Source of the DNA: Octopus sinensis
Lineage: Eukaryota
Length of the DNA: 64,000 nt
Reading direction: 5' to 3'
NCBI RefSeq assembly: GCF_006345805.1
Contig: NC_043000.1
Coordinates: 54,932,001-54,996,000, forward strand
Shown here: one piece after another, positions 26,246-38,010 of the stretch
How positions within the stretch are numbered: the stretch's first letter is position 1
Layout: each line of letters begins with the position of its first letter
Program-made: the position numbers and the translations under genes
The notes under the pieces: model-generated
Seen by the model: only the letters and a program-made list of their open reading frames with translations
Told to the model about the DNA's origin: nothing
The model's database searches: none

Positions 26246-26251
26246 TTTTTT

Positions 26252-26254
<3 letters not shown>

Positions 26255-26302
<48 letters not shown>

Positions 26303-26305
26303 CAA

Positions 26306-26368
<63 letters not shown>

Positions 26369-26388
26369 TATTATTATTATTATTATTA
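26255..26388. repeat. (ATT)n(ATC)n(ATT)n compound microsatellite
   Basis: Directly visible. Confidence 0.95.
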
Positions 26389-26648
26389 AACGTTTTACTT
26401 GTTTCAGTTATTTTACTGCGACCATGATGGAGCACCACCTTAAAGTGTTTTAGTCAAAGAAATCGCCTCCAGGAGTTACTCGTTGTTAGCCAACTACTTA
26501 TTTCATCGGTGTTTGCACCGAAACGCTAGGTTACGGGGGTGCAGCTACACCAGCATCGGTTCAGTTCTATATTTAAGAGATGAGGAATTATGTACATAAT
26601 TACATTATTTACATTTGACGGATATTTGTCCTCATCTTGTTTGTTCTT

Positions 26649-26696
26649 AATACAACGTTTCGGCTGATATACCCTCCAGCCTTCATCAGGTGTCTT
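26649..26696 (-). ncRNA. Minimal type I hammerhead ribozyme motif
   Basis: gacac CUGAUGA a ggcug-loop-cagcc GAAA cg UU guauu: intact core, stem II and palindromic ACGU stem III. Confidence 0.65.
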
Positions 26697-26889
26697 GGGG
26701 AAATTTCGAACCTGGTTTCCCATTCCTAATGTATTTTTCGATGCTATTATCATTATAATTATTCAGGTCACTGCCTGGAATCTAACTCGGAATCCTGGGG
26801 ATTAACCCTCGCTTTTAACCACTACGCCATAATAATAATAATATCGAAAAATATTTTAGGAATGATAAACCAGGCTCGAAATTTCTCCA

Positions 26890-26937
26890 AGAGATCTGAT
26901 GAAGGATGGAAGGTATATCAGCCGAAACGTTGTGTTA
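26890..26937 (+). ncRNA. Minimal type I hammerhead ribozyme motif (inverted copy)
   Basis: CUGAUGA at 26896, GAAA at 26924, then cgUUguguu; one stem II mismatch. Confidence 0.55.
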
Positions 26938-27062
26938 ACAACAAACATGATGAGGGCGGATATCCGTCAAATGTAAATAATGTAAATAATGTACCAGCAT
27001 CGGTTGTCAAGCGATGGCGGGGGGACAAACACAGACACATATACATATATGAATATATTTAG

Positions 27063-27198
<136 letters not shown>

Positions 27199-27229
27199 GT
27201 GTGTGTGGGTGTGTATGTGTTTCAACTTA

Positions 27230-29690
27230 GTTAAACTGACACTTCCTTGTCTCTCTATAAATCTGAAATGCTTTATCCACTAATTGTACCGAATAGAAAT
27301 TATAATAAATATCGTTATTGTTAACAATATATTTGAAATAAAATATTCTTTATTATTACTATTGATGTAGTAACCCACTGTAACACATCAATGCTTAAAT
27401 TTCCATAGATGTCATAAATTGGTATAAAGCATTGTATTGCTAATGCTGCTATATTATATACACTCGCTCACGCACGCTCACACGCACCCACATGCACACA
27501 CAAACACATGCATACACACACTCGCACGCGCGTAAACTACTTGGTAAAATTTTAAATCGCAGTACCCAGTGATTCATTATTAATTTTTCTTTGAGTCAAT
27601 CATCATTTACTCGTTTATGTTGAATCAAGAGAGCAATTATTATGTCTTAAACTGCAACAGAAAATGATATTGACAGTAAAGAATACCAATTTTTGTGTTC
27701 AGTTTAATAATTTATTTCATCATTGGATAAGAACAAAAACTATTTTTATTTAAGCTATCTCGAATGATGAATAATAATTCTATTACATTATACTTAAAAC
27801 AAGTAAATAAATGTATAAAACTCTCAGTCAAGTTTGAGAAGCAATTTCCATATATATTTTCGTCTATTTATATTTATAAATCATTTAATAAAATTCACAT
27901 GAAGCTTAATTAATATTCCGTATTTAAAAATTATATTCTCATAATGTATCTTACTTGCACTATTTCGAAATGTTATATAAATACGAAATGTATTACGCTA
28001 TCCTTATTTATGAGGTCATGTACATTTGACTGAAAAATGTATGACGCTCTGGAACAGATATTCTATGATCACATTAAAAATATGTAGAACAGATGTGTTT
28101 CGAATCAGTAGAAATCACTAGCGGTGTGTTGAAATTCCCTCAAGTCTCGTTTGTTTTAAACTAATCACTTCTTTTGTTTTATGATCGTTCCATACAAAAC
28201 AGAAATAATGTACTTGGCAAACTGTTGCCTCATTGAAAACATTCTACCGTCAACTGATTCGAGACAAACAAAAATATATCAGCCTAAATCACAAATCAGC
28301 ATGATTGAATGGTTTAAAACTAATAGTTATATACATCAAAGATTTCGTATCTGATCTCAGTATTTATGCTCAGCATAACTTAATATTTATAGACATTTAA
28401 AAACGTATCTCTCACGGCATCAGAAACCTTTAATATCTAAACCTATTTAGTTGGCGCTCGAATATATGGAAATGATATTTTATTTGATTATATTTCAATT
28501 TTACAACAACTCTATAGACATTTACCAATGCAACTTTGTAATAGAACTGAATCAATTGTTCGGCTCTACTTGAAAAACCATGTTATATTAATATCATTCC
28601 ACAAACGGACTTGCCGAAAAATATTTAATACATCAGAAACTTTGAACGATGGACTATAAATTTCGGGTCATAAAACATCGCCTTCTTTTGGCTAAAACAA
28701 TAATTTTATCTTATCTCTACAAAGAAACTTTGAATTGTATTTAATCTCTTTTTATATTGCAATCCTAGCCACAAATTGGCATTAAATAGATATTCTATAA
28801 CTAAAGAAACTCACCATCGAAAGTGTTTATCGGATATAATCATGTTAGCGACTACCTCGATATGATTTTTCAACAAATACTGTTCTACTTTAGAGATGTT
28901 AAACAGATAGGGGAGAAGTGTTTTGCATCTCTTTTCGATCAGGTACGAATTTTGCTTGTTACACTTCATATATTAATACAAAAATATTACTGTTTCAGCA
29001 TAGCAGATCACCAATTATTGACTACTTTCATTCAGACTATTACAAGAGAACTTTTAGTTTCGTCTTACGCATCCGATACTTCTCATTCTTCAGAAGTATT
29101 TCATTTACTACTCCAATTTTATTGATTTACAGATTCAACTCAGATAGTAACTTTAAACTAATTATTGTAATATATCTAATTGATTTTACCTATGTCTGCC
29201 TTATAGTATCGCAATAAAGTAATAAGAATTGTTGATTGCATGAACATGACTTATTAAACTTGAAATGATGGACAGTATCTCAAATAGCAACAGACCTGTC
29301 TATAATATATAAAGTAGATAATATATGATTCGTTTTCATTGTTATAGTCATTGTAAGACTTCGTATTAACATGTTATTATTGACTCATTATATCTTAGTC
29401 GTTTTGGTTTCATTAAGACCATCCCAAATATGAGTAAATGCTATGGTTGTGATATTTAACTAATAGTTCCGCTGTAGACGTGACTGCTAAAAGATCTAGT
29501 GATGCAAAAGTGTATGCTGTGACGTCAAAGTTTCATAAGCATATGACCGGTTGTAAGTACGAGCAATTTCCAAAGCCCAGCGAGGCAGACGTCCGCTACC
29601 CGGACGGACTTTGTCGCCCTCTGATATATGCTGATTTTTCTTTTAAATACGTCCATAAGAATACCGCAGTATGCTTTTCATTATGTATTT
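27230..29690 (+). pseudogene. Decayed LRR remnant
   Basis: KYISLNH, GIRNL*YLNL, ILQQLY, LKKLTI, IGEKCFASL (ORF 28823), SFSLL*SL. Confidence 0.6.
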
Positions 29691-30123
29691 ATATTTTTTT
29701 TCTAATTTTGGCACAAGGCCAGCAATTTCGAGGAAGGGGGCAAGTCGATTATTTCAACCCTACTATTCCCCTAATGCCTACTTTATCGATTTCGTAAGGA
29801 TGATTGACACAATCAACCTCTGCAGTGTTTAAACTCAGAACAATGTATTTATATTAATTATGATACCTAGATGGGTTCTGTAAGTAATTCTAATTCTTTT
29901 GCTTTAAAAGATTCTATTTAGATGGGTGGTTATTTGTGATAGGATAAGGTTATTATTTTATTCTCGCATTCTATTTTTGTTTCAGTCATTTGACTGCGGA
30001 CATGCTACAGCACCACATTTAGTCGACAAATCGACCCCAGGACTTATTCTTTGTAAGTCTAGTACCTATTCTATCGGAGATTTTGCCGAACCGCTAAGTT
30101 ACGGGACGTAAACACACCAACAT

Positions 30124-30420
30124 TCTTTGGGGTTTGGATATTTCACCTTTGGAAACATGGGAGTTTTGTTCCTCATCCTTCAAACACCCTTATTTAGAGA
30201 CCTTTTGAGCTGGATGTGCTATTCGAACACAAGAAAATTCTAAGTGGGCCCCACCTGCAATGTCATGCGCTGTTTGTCTTGATATGAAATCACCATGTCG
30301 TGCACATAAGATGCACTCCCTGGTGGACACTTATCAGGCGGAAAGTCATGATGGGTATACTGGGTTTCGTATATTTTACCCCAGTGTCACTTTGATGGCA
30401 TGCACTGATCTCTCACTCAA
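30124..30420 (+). mobile_element. 5'-truncated copy of the AAT-embedded repeat
   Basis: Matches the reverse complement of 23588-23880; followed by (AAT)n to 30615. Confidence 0.8.
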
Positions 30421-30467
30421 TAATAATAATAATAATGATAATAATAATAATAACAATAATAATAATG

Positions 30468-30527
<60 letters not shown>

Positions 30528-30615
30528 TAATAATAATAATAATAATAATAATGATAATAATTATAATAATAATAATAATAATATAATAATAATAATATAA
30601 TAATAATAATAATAA

Positions 30616-30893
30616 TGTTACAAGTAAAGAGGTTGACAAAATCACCAAGTTCCAAACTGAAAGTGGAAATAGCAAGACTGTATGGAATGCGAGACGGTAA
30701 TGTAGAAGTGATACCACTGGTCATTGGAGCGTTGGGCTCAATCCCATTGAAACGCCAAGACTTCTTAAGGCAACTGGAAATCCATGCAAAACTGATGTCT
30801 TGCAAAAAGCAGTCTTATTGAGCACAGTGACATTGTAAAGAAAGTATTATCGGCCTGAGGTGCTTGTTGTGACTTGAGAGATGACTAAAGATT
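30616..30893 (+). mobile_element. R4/Dong LINE 3' tip
   Basis: LKVEIARLY...VEVIPLVIGALGSIP, RLE C-terminal motif. Confidence 0.8.
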
Positions 30894-30964
30894 TTATATA
30901 GACAAACACAGACACACAAACATATACATGTATGCATGTGCATATATATATATACATATATATA

Positions 30965-30995
<31 letters not shown>

Positions 30996-31519
30996 ATACG
31001 ACGGGCGTCTTACAGTTTCCACCTACCAAATCCCGAGGATAAAATAATACACATTTTTCCAAGGTGTCACGCGATGGGACTGAACCCAGACAGTTAGATG
31101 ATACATCCGGACTGTTAGGTGATAAATGGGACAACAAAACATCCAGATAGACGATATAGAGAAAACAAGGACAGGTCATTCCAAGTTTTGTTTCCTCAGT
31201 CGAGTACCAGATTATCTTCGCAATTTCGGCTGATTATACTCGAGATTGCTTCACACACACAAAAACAAATGTATATACCTATACACTCACACACAGAAAC
31301 AAATGCATATACCAATGTTTATGCATATATATTAGTGCATGTACAAATATATGGGTGTGTATGTGGTTCTTTTTATTTGTGTACGTGTATGCAGATAGAG
31401 ATATATAGATATACATGTATCTATTTATGTCTGTAATTATTCATATCTGTATTAATTTTTTACATAAAAAATTCTTTGTTTATTTTATATTTTATCAATA
31501 TATATTTACACGCATATAC

Positions 31520-31574
<55 letters not shown>

Positions 31575-31622
31575 GAGTGAGAGTGCAGTGCATGAAACTG
31601 AAAGAAGCCCGTCTTATGTATT

Positions 31623-31699
<77 letters not shown>

Positions 31700-31700
31700 G

Positions 31701-31745
<45 letters not shown>

Positions 31746-31749
31746 TTGA

Positions 31750-32990
31750 TTGGTCTAGAGATAGGTGATGTCGGTGTTATTGTATGGTGATTTGAAGTTG
31801 TGGTTTCGAGAAAACGGTAGAAGAACGTTACTAAAGTCTTTTAAATTGTCTGTTTTTCTGGTTCTTTTTTTTGTGGAAAAAATTTAGTATTTTTCCCGTT
31901 TGCTTTTCTGTGATATTTCTTCTTTCTAAAGGATATTCTGCTATGGTTTATATTTTTTAATAAGTACGCTTTCCTTATTTAAACGGAATTGGGTTGAAGT
32001 GGTTTCGGTTCATTAATAGAGAGGGAAGATTTGTTATTTCGGGTTTATGTTAACGGAGCATTGGTCTAGATGTTTGCTTACGGGAATTTTCCTAGTCGTG
32101 GGGTCTCGGATTTGTTGCCTGTGCATCGTTAGTCTGTCCCACAAGGTTAAACCTGTTTAACCTATATAGTCCCCACATACCCACTATATTTGAAAGCATA
32201 GATTAAGTTCTTCGAAGCACAGATGAAGTGATTGTTTATGGTAAATGTTTCAGCTGACTTAAATTTGTATTTTGAACCCTCTAAGAGGAAGATGCAAGTT
32301 CCACAGTTAGGGCGGTTGCACTTTTGGTTAGTGGGGTCGTATTATTGGTGGGTAATTTATCACTAGTGAGTAACTTTTTTAAGGATTGCGGCTGTCTCTT
32401 GCTTCGCAGGTCATTCATAATGAGGGGTATATTTTGGTGGATGATGTTTTATATTTCCATGTTCCTCGGATTGTGTGTTGATACGTAAGATAAAGTTTTA
32501 AGTTTGTCATAGTGTTGTCTTCTTTTCTGTAAGTCTTGGATGTGTATCCCATTTTCGATTAGACTGGCCGGGTATTTTCTATCTTGTAATGTGTTTTCAA
32601 GTTTCTGGTGTCACTTTTCTCGGGTTTCGGGATTTTATATAATCATGCAAATTCTTCTTGCTAAGTTCAAGGGTATATTTATTTCAGCATGTTTTGGGTG
32701 GCAGGACGTGAATAGAAGATATTGTTTTGAGTCCGTTGGTTTGAAGATGTCTGTTTCAAATTCAGTATCTCTTATTCTGATTAAGATGTCCAGGAAGGGT
32801 AATTGTTTGTGGTTGTATTCCATTGTGAAATAGTTATTGCGATTAATGCTGTTGATTAAATTTTTAAATTTTGAAAGTTGTTCAAGGTCATGTGGCCACA
32901 AAATGAAACATCCACCCAGGCAGCGTTTCCAATTGGTGAGTAAGTATTTTTAGAAGCTGTCTCCAAATTTCAGTGTAGCGTGTTCATATA
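31750..32990 (-). mobile_element. Penelope-like element, RT C-terminus plus GIY-YIG remnant
   Basis: ORF 32635-32901 FTME..QLPFLD...KPT..YL..SCHP...LARR; downstream CNRPNCGTC and NLIY motifs. Confidence 0.88.
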
Positions 32991-33294
32991 CATATACATA
33001 TTTATACCAGATGGATTAGTATGTGGTTGTCTGTGTTATTCGTTGTATGAGTGGATGTGTATATCTATGTATGCTTGGTGTACATAGAAATATATGAACG
33101 TTAATACCAACTTCGGACGCTTGCGTCAGCGATTGTTCTTTTACGCATGTGTGGATGTGAGTGTATGTGTGTAAGTATAAATATTCTTGCATTTATATAA
33201 AAGCATGAATGCATACGCGTTTTAAAGGAAGAACATGCGCGCGTGTTCTTTTGTCTTGTGTGTGCTTGTGTGTGTACATATATAATTTTTTTAC

Positions 33295-33461
33295 GTGCTT
33301 CTGTCATTTGACTGCGGCCATGCCTCAAAGGTTTTAGTTGAAGAAATTGACCCCAGCACTCATTCGTTGTAAGCCTAGTACTTATTCTATCGAGCACTTT
33401 TGCAGAACAGCTAAGTTACGGGTACATAAACACACCAGTATCAGTTGTAAAGTAATGGCGG

Positions 33462-33505
<44 letters not shown>
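33295..33505 (-). mobile_element. Family A SINE, 3' half
   Basis: ctgtcatttgactgcggccatg...gtaagcctagtacttattctatc. Confidence 0.8.
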
Positions 33506-33507
<2 letters not shown>

Positions 33508-33569
33508 ATGTATGGTGGCGAAAACCGATGCTCCATGTGACAGGCTTGATAATTGTTACAGGATTCCTT

Positions 33570-34630
33570 AATGTAAAATAAATGCTACCCTTAATCCACA
33601 AATAAATAATTTTTATCCACTATATAAAATATATATATATAGTACGTGCGTGTTTCGTGTGTGAATGTGTAAAGACATACATACAGATAGATATATGGTG
33701 GGCGTGTATTTAAACTCATCTAATGATCTCTTACTCTGAAAAGCGATGTCACACATCAGCTTTGCATGTACGGAGTGAGAGCATATTCGCTTTTCAATTA
33801 AGAACAACAGTAAATGTAGCAATAATAATACACAGTAGATAACAGAATATCAATAATTCTGATGAAAGCTATAACAATATTAAGTCCAAGTTATAAAACA
33901 TTTGGATTGTGGTTTGTTGATTATATCGATCCCAGTGCTAAACAGTTACTTATATCAAGGACCTCGAAAGGATGGACAGCAAAACCGTCAGCAATTTAAT
34001 TTGAACCCAGAACGTAGAAAATTGACGCTAAGACTTTACGTCCGGCGTGCTGCAAGCTGGCCGCTTTGTAAGAAAATAACACTGATATTAATAATAATTC
34101 TTGGTGTAATTTTTGTGCAAGGCCAGCAATCAATAGGCAGCAAGTCGGTTACGACTATATTGGCACATGACTGATACATTATTTTTTCTTAAGCTTCAAA
34201 GCATGAAAAACGAAATTGATCTGGCAGAAAATAAATTCAAAACGTAAAGAGACTGAATTATATTTTACGCTTATAACTCTGAAACAGACAAGGTTGTGTC
34301 CGTTCATTTACTTTTACTACAATTCATGGGGTGAAAGTATTAGAGAGGAAACAAAAAAAAATCACAAACAGTAGACGTTGATAAAATGTTTTGATTCTAG
34401 TACGTTTTAATTTATGATGACTCTTGTTTGGCAACACATATTTATACTGTCGGAAGCAGTGTTCCATACACTCAACATTCAAATTTAAAAGATATTCAGA
34501 AGTTCTATTGCATAAATACTTCTGCTTACAATAACAACTCACAATTCATGACTGAGAGAATAGAATCCAAGATATAGCAACGAACATAAGACAGACAGAA
34601 TACCCACATTTGTAGACATTGTTACATCAG
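33570..34630 (+). pseudogene. Decayed LRR remnants, with two degraded Nin-SINEs at ~33915-34260
   Basis: SYNNIKS, IKHLD, SNLKDIQKFY, ENRIQDIATN, YPHL*TL. Confidence 0.5.
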
Positions 34631-34809
34631 CCTATAAGGCGGCGAGGTTTCGTAGTCGATGATATAAATACCAGTTGCGTACTGATATAATCGACTACCA
34701 TCCACCACAAACTTTCAAGCCTTGTTCCTTTTGTAAAAAGAATTATTAAATCAGCCAATGAGGTGCAATAGTGGCTGTGTTGTAAGAAGCTTGCTTCTGG
34801 TATAGAGTC

Positions 34810-35920
34810 TGTCAGCTGGATTATGGATTTTGAGTGCAACGCACGTGATACATGATTTTTGCTTGTCTTTGCGGTGGACGTTTTTCCTCTAGTTTAATTG
34901 AGGGACGTCGGATGAGGGGCCGTGAAGGCTTTAATTATTCAGACTTTGCAAACTCTCCTACTTCGGACTTTGTGTCGTCTGAGGAAAAGATGGTAGAATG
35001 TTTAAAAAGAATTGATGAGAAAATGGAAACAAAAAATTAGCGGCAAAACAAGAACCTAAGTGAAGACGTGAGTCTGGAAGAATTAAGTGAATTTTAATAA
35101 ATGCTTAAATGGCAGGGGAACGAATTGAAGGTGTTCCTTCTCAAAGACGTTTTAAAGGAGAAACAAGACAGAACACTTATTTACAGGACGTACTCTGTAG
35201 CAGCCAAGAGAATTGATGTCATGTCGACGGCGCAAGTTGAAAAGGCACTTAAACCAATCTGGCAAGGAACGTCCTTAGAACAATGGAGGTGAGGTCCGAG
35301 AGGTAGCTACCACCAGGCTTCACTCGACAACACCATTGAAAACGGATGAAGTGGTGCTTCCACCTGTATACCTTGGGAGACTTGCTCCCAGGGTTATGGT
35401 ATAGGAAATACCCCCAGAAGTGAATGTAGCCTGGTTGGTGGCTGACATACTGCTGGGCATGGAGAAGAAGGTTGTGATCCTCTAGGCCACCAGGACACCC
35501 CACAAGAACTGGCAAGGACAAAGCCTCGATATGTCGATATGGTGGTACAAGTTTCAGAAGAAGAGGGTCGAGACCATCATGGTCGGAGAAGAAACACTCA
35601 GAGTTAGAGTGGAAGGAAGGATCCCGCAGTGATCGGTACCATTGACTGGTACCTTCGTATCCGGCCAGGGGTTGGTCAACTTCTTCAGTTACCACCTCGA
35701 TTTCAAGATCAGGCTGGATAAGAAATACCAGCCACAGGATATGTTCGCGAAAAGATGGAAACAAGTAGTGAACAAGCTGCGAGTGACTGGAACCATGTAA
35801 GTGGGGCCAGAAGGAAAAGTAAAGGTTCGAAACTGGCGTTTGGATGCCTTCAGCCACACATTGCAAATCTTGTAATGATCATCAAGTTTATATTGAAATT
35901 TTAAAAGAAAAAAGAAAAAA
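34810..35920 (+). mobile_element. L1/Tx1-like LINE, 5' UTR and ORF1 remnant
   Basis: GC-richer decayed ORF (ORFs 34852 and 35101; PVYLGR..RV..EIPPE; LRVRVEGR.P), resembling Tx1/L1 ORF1. Confidence 0.5.
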
Positions 35921-36061
35921 GATATAATTTTTAACTGCATGACATTTATATTTTATCATTCGAAACTTTTTGTTCATAATACGCAGCTTGTGCACCGTCT
36001 AAGCTTGTCTGTCCTTGTTTGGCCCATCCATATACGGCTTCCATAGCCGATTTATGAAATA

Positions 36062-36482
36062 AAGAAGCTTGTTTGCAACCACTTGGTCCCAGGTTCAGTC
36101 CCTCTGCGTGGCCCTTTGAGCAAGTGTCTTCTACTACAGCCTCAGGCTGACCAAAGTCTTGTGAGTGGATTTGGTAGACGGAAACTGAAAGAAGCCCCGT
36201 CGTATATATATAAATACAAACATAGATATATATATATATATATATATAATATATATATATATATATTATATATATATATATATGTCTGTATGTATGTATT
36301 TGTCATTTGTCTGTGTTTGCCCTCCCACCTTCGCTTAACAACCGATTTTGGTGTGTTTACGTCACCATCAATTATCGGTTCGGGAAAAAATCACCAATAG
36401 AATAAGTCCTGGCGTCGATTCCTTCGTGTAGAGGTGGTGCCCTAGCAAGGGCCGCAGTCAAATGACTGAAAGAAGTAAAAGA
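36062..36482 (+). mobile_element. Family A SINE
   Basis: ggttcagtccc B box and gagtggatttggtagacggaaactgaaagaagccc core. Confidence 0.85.
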
Positions 36483-36485
36483 AAA

Positions 36486-36700
36486 GGCGGCGCGCTGGCA
36501 GGATCATTAGCACGCCGGACGAAATGCCGCTAAGCATTTTGTCTTTACGAACTGAGTTCAAATTCTGCCAATATCGACTGCGTCTTATGTCCTTTTGAGA
36601 TCTATGAAATAAGTACCAGTTGAACACTGACTGAGGTCTATGTAATCGAGTTACTCCCTCCTACAAAATTGCTGGCGTTGTGCCAAAATTTGAAACCATT
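36486..36700 (+). mobile_element. Nin-domain SINE (family B)
   Basis: ggcggcgcgctggcagga head, directly behind the family A copy. Confidence 0.8.
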
Positions 36701-37620
36701 AAATCAGTGTATATAATCCAGTAAATTATCGCGTGATACACTGAGGATTACGTTTCTCCGCACTGTATCACTGAGTGATGCTTCATGCCTGCACTTGTCA
36801 TGCGACCACTTATAAATGGATAAGAAATATACAGTTTCGAACATAAACTGTGCTTCATATTAATATAATAGACAATACAATAGTTAACGTCAATATCTTC
36901 CTTTAGTTATTTAATGTGTGAGTAAATATAGCAGAATATAGCATTGCTCTTTACTTATGAATGAATTGCGTGCAAAAGAAATACGTGTTGTAGGCCTTCC
37001 TTTCCTTCGTTTCCTAGGAACTACAGGGGTTACTTGATATGACATTTCCTTCTCAAAAAGGCGCCATTTATTATGAATAGATATATCTGGAGGCAGAATA
37101 GTCCAGAAATGGTAAAGAATGCGATCAATATTGATGTAGTCATTTTATTAATTAGTCAATTTTCCAGTACTTCGAAGTTTGCTTGCGTGTTTCAAATATT
37201 TCAAAAGAACATTGTCTCCTTATATTGTCTTTTAATCGAAACTATTTCCTTATAACCCAATAACAAAATTATGATAGTTATCCAATCACTTCAAAATGTA
37301 ATTAAACGCTTATCCAAAGGATATTATTGTAAAGCAAATTAATAAATCAGAAGATGAAAAATTACAGTGAATATCTACTAAAACATTCAAATAAAAATGA
37401 ACAAATTATCAAAGTTTCTATTTGGAAAATGAGTGTATATCACGAATAAAAGAATTATCGGTTTCATTTAGGCTGCCAAATAAATGCTCTTCGAGAAATT
37501 GTATAAAAGCGCCTAATGGATAGGTTTACATCGCAGGTGCCTTTCATACATAAGTACCATTTCAAAATCGTCTCGATGTAGGAAATATAGAATAACCAAT
37601 ATAGGAATACAAAATAAACG
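36700..37620 (+). pseudogene. Decayed LRRs, LRR-CT and a new LRR-NT
   Basis: LRTVSLS, IDISGGRI, IETISL*PNNKI; cap GYYCKAN..IRR*(W); then QVP and RLDVG/RITNI. Confidence 0.55.
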
Positions 37621-37624
37621 GTAC

Positions 37625-38010
37625 GCGCAGGAGTGGCTGTGTGAATAGGCGCAGGAGTACTTGCTGATCAACCGCATGGTTCTGGGTTCAGTCCCACTGC
37701 GTGGCACCTTGGGCAAGTGTCTTCTACTATAGCCTTCTGAGTGGATTTGGTAGACGGAAACTGAAAGAAGCCCGTCGTATATATGTATATATATGTATGT
37801 GTGTGAATATGTTTGTGTCTGTGTTTGTCCCCCCAACGTTGCTTGACAACCGATGCTGGTGTGTTTACATCCCCGTAACTTAGCGGTTCTGCGAAAGAGA
37901 TTGATAGAATAAGTACTAGGCTTACAAAGAATAAGTCCTGGGGTCGATTTGCTCGACTAGAGGCAGTGCTCCAGTATGGACGCAGTCAAATGACTGAAAC
38001 AAGTAAAAGA
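37625..38010 (+). mobile_element. Family A SINE, near full length
   Basis: gcgcaggagtggctgtgtg head (locally duplicated) through the tail gaaacaagtaaaagag. Confidence 0.92.

Larger units (their letters stand above)
26562..26992 (-). mobile_element. tRNA-headed hammerhead-ribozyme SINE with an inverted partial copy (Penelope-type insertion), 13-bp TSD
   Basis: TSD accagcatcggtt at 26549-26561 and 26993-27005; pol III A/B-box-like head at 26830-26764 (-); body 26760-26562 is inverted-repeated at 26831-26992. Confidence 0.75.
26392..27050 (-). mobile_element. Family A SINE (3' half) interrupted by the hammerhead element
   Basis: SINE sequence resumes after the duplicated accagcatcggtt. Confidence 0.8.
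29960..31090 (-). mobile_element. Family A SINE split by nested retroelement fragments
   Basis: Tail at 29960-30122, head at 30900-31090. Confidence 0.7.

Noticed and set aside
35249-35866. 205-aa minus-strand ORF
   Set aside because: Antisense shadow of a GC-richer LINE ORF1 remnant.
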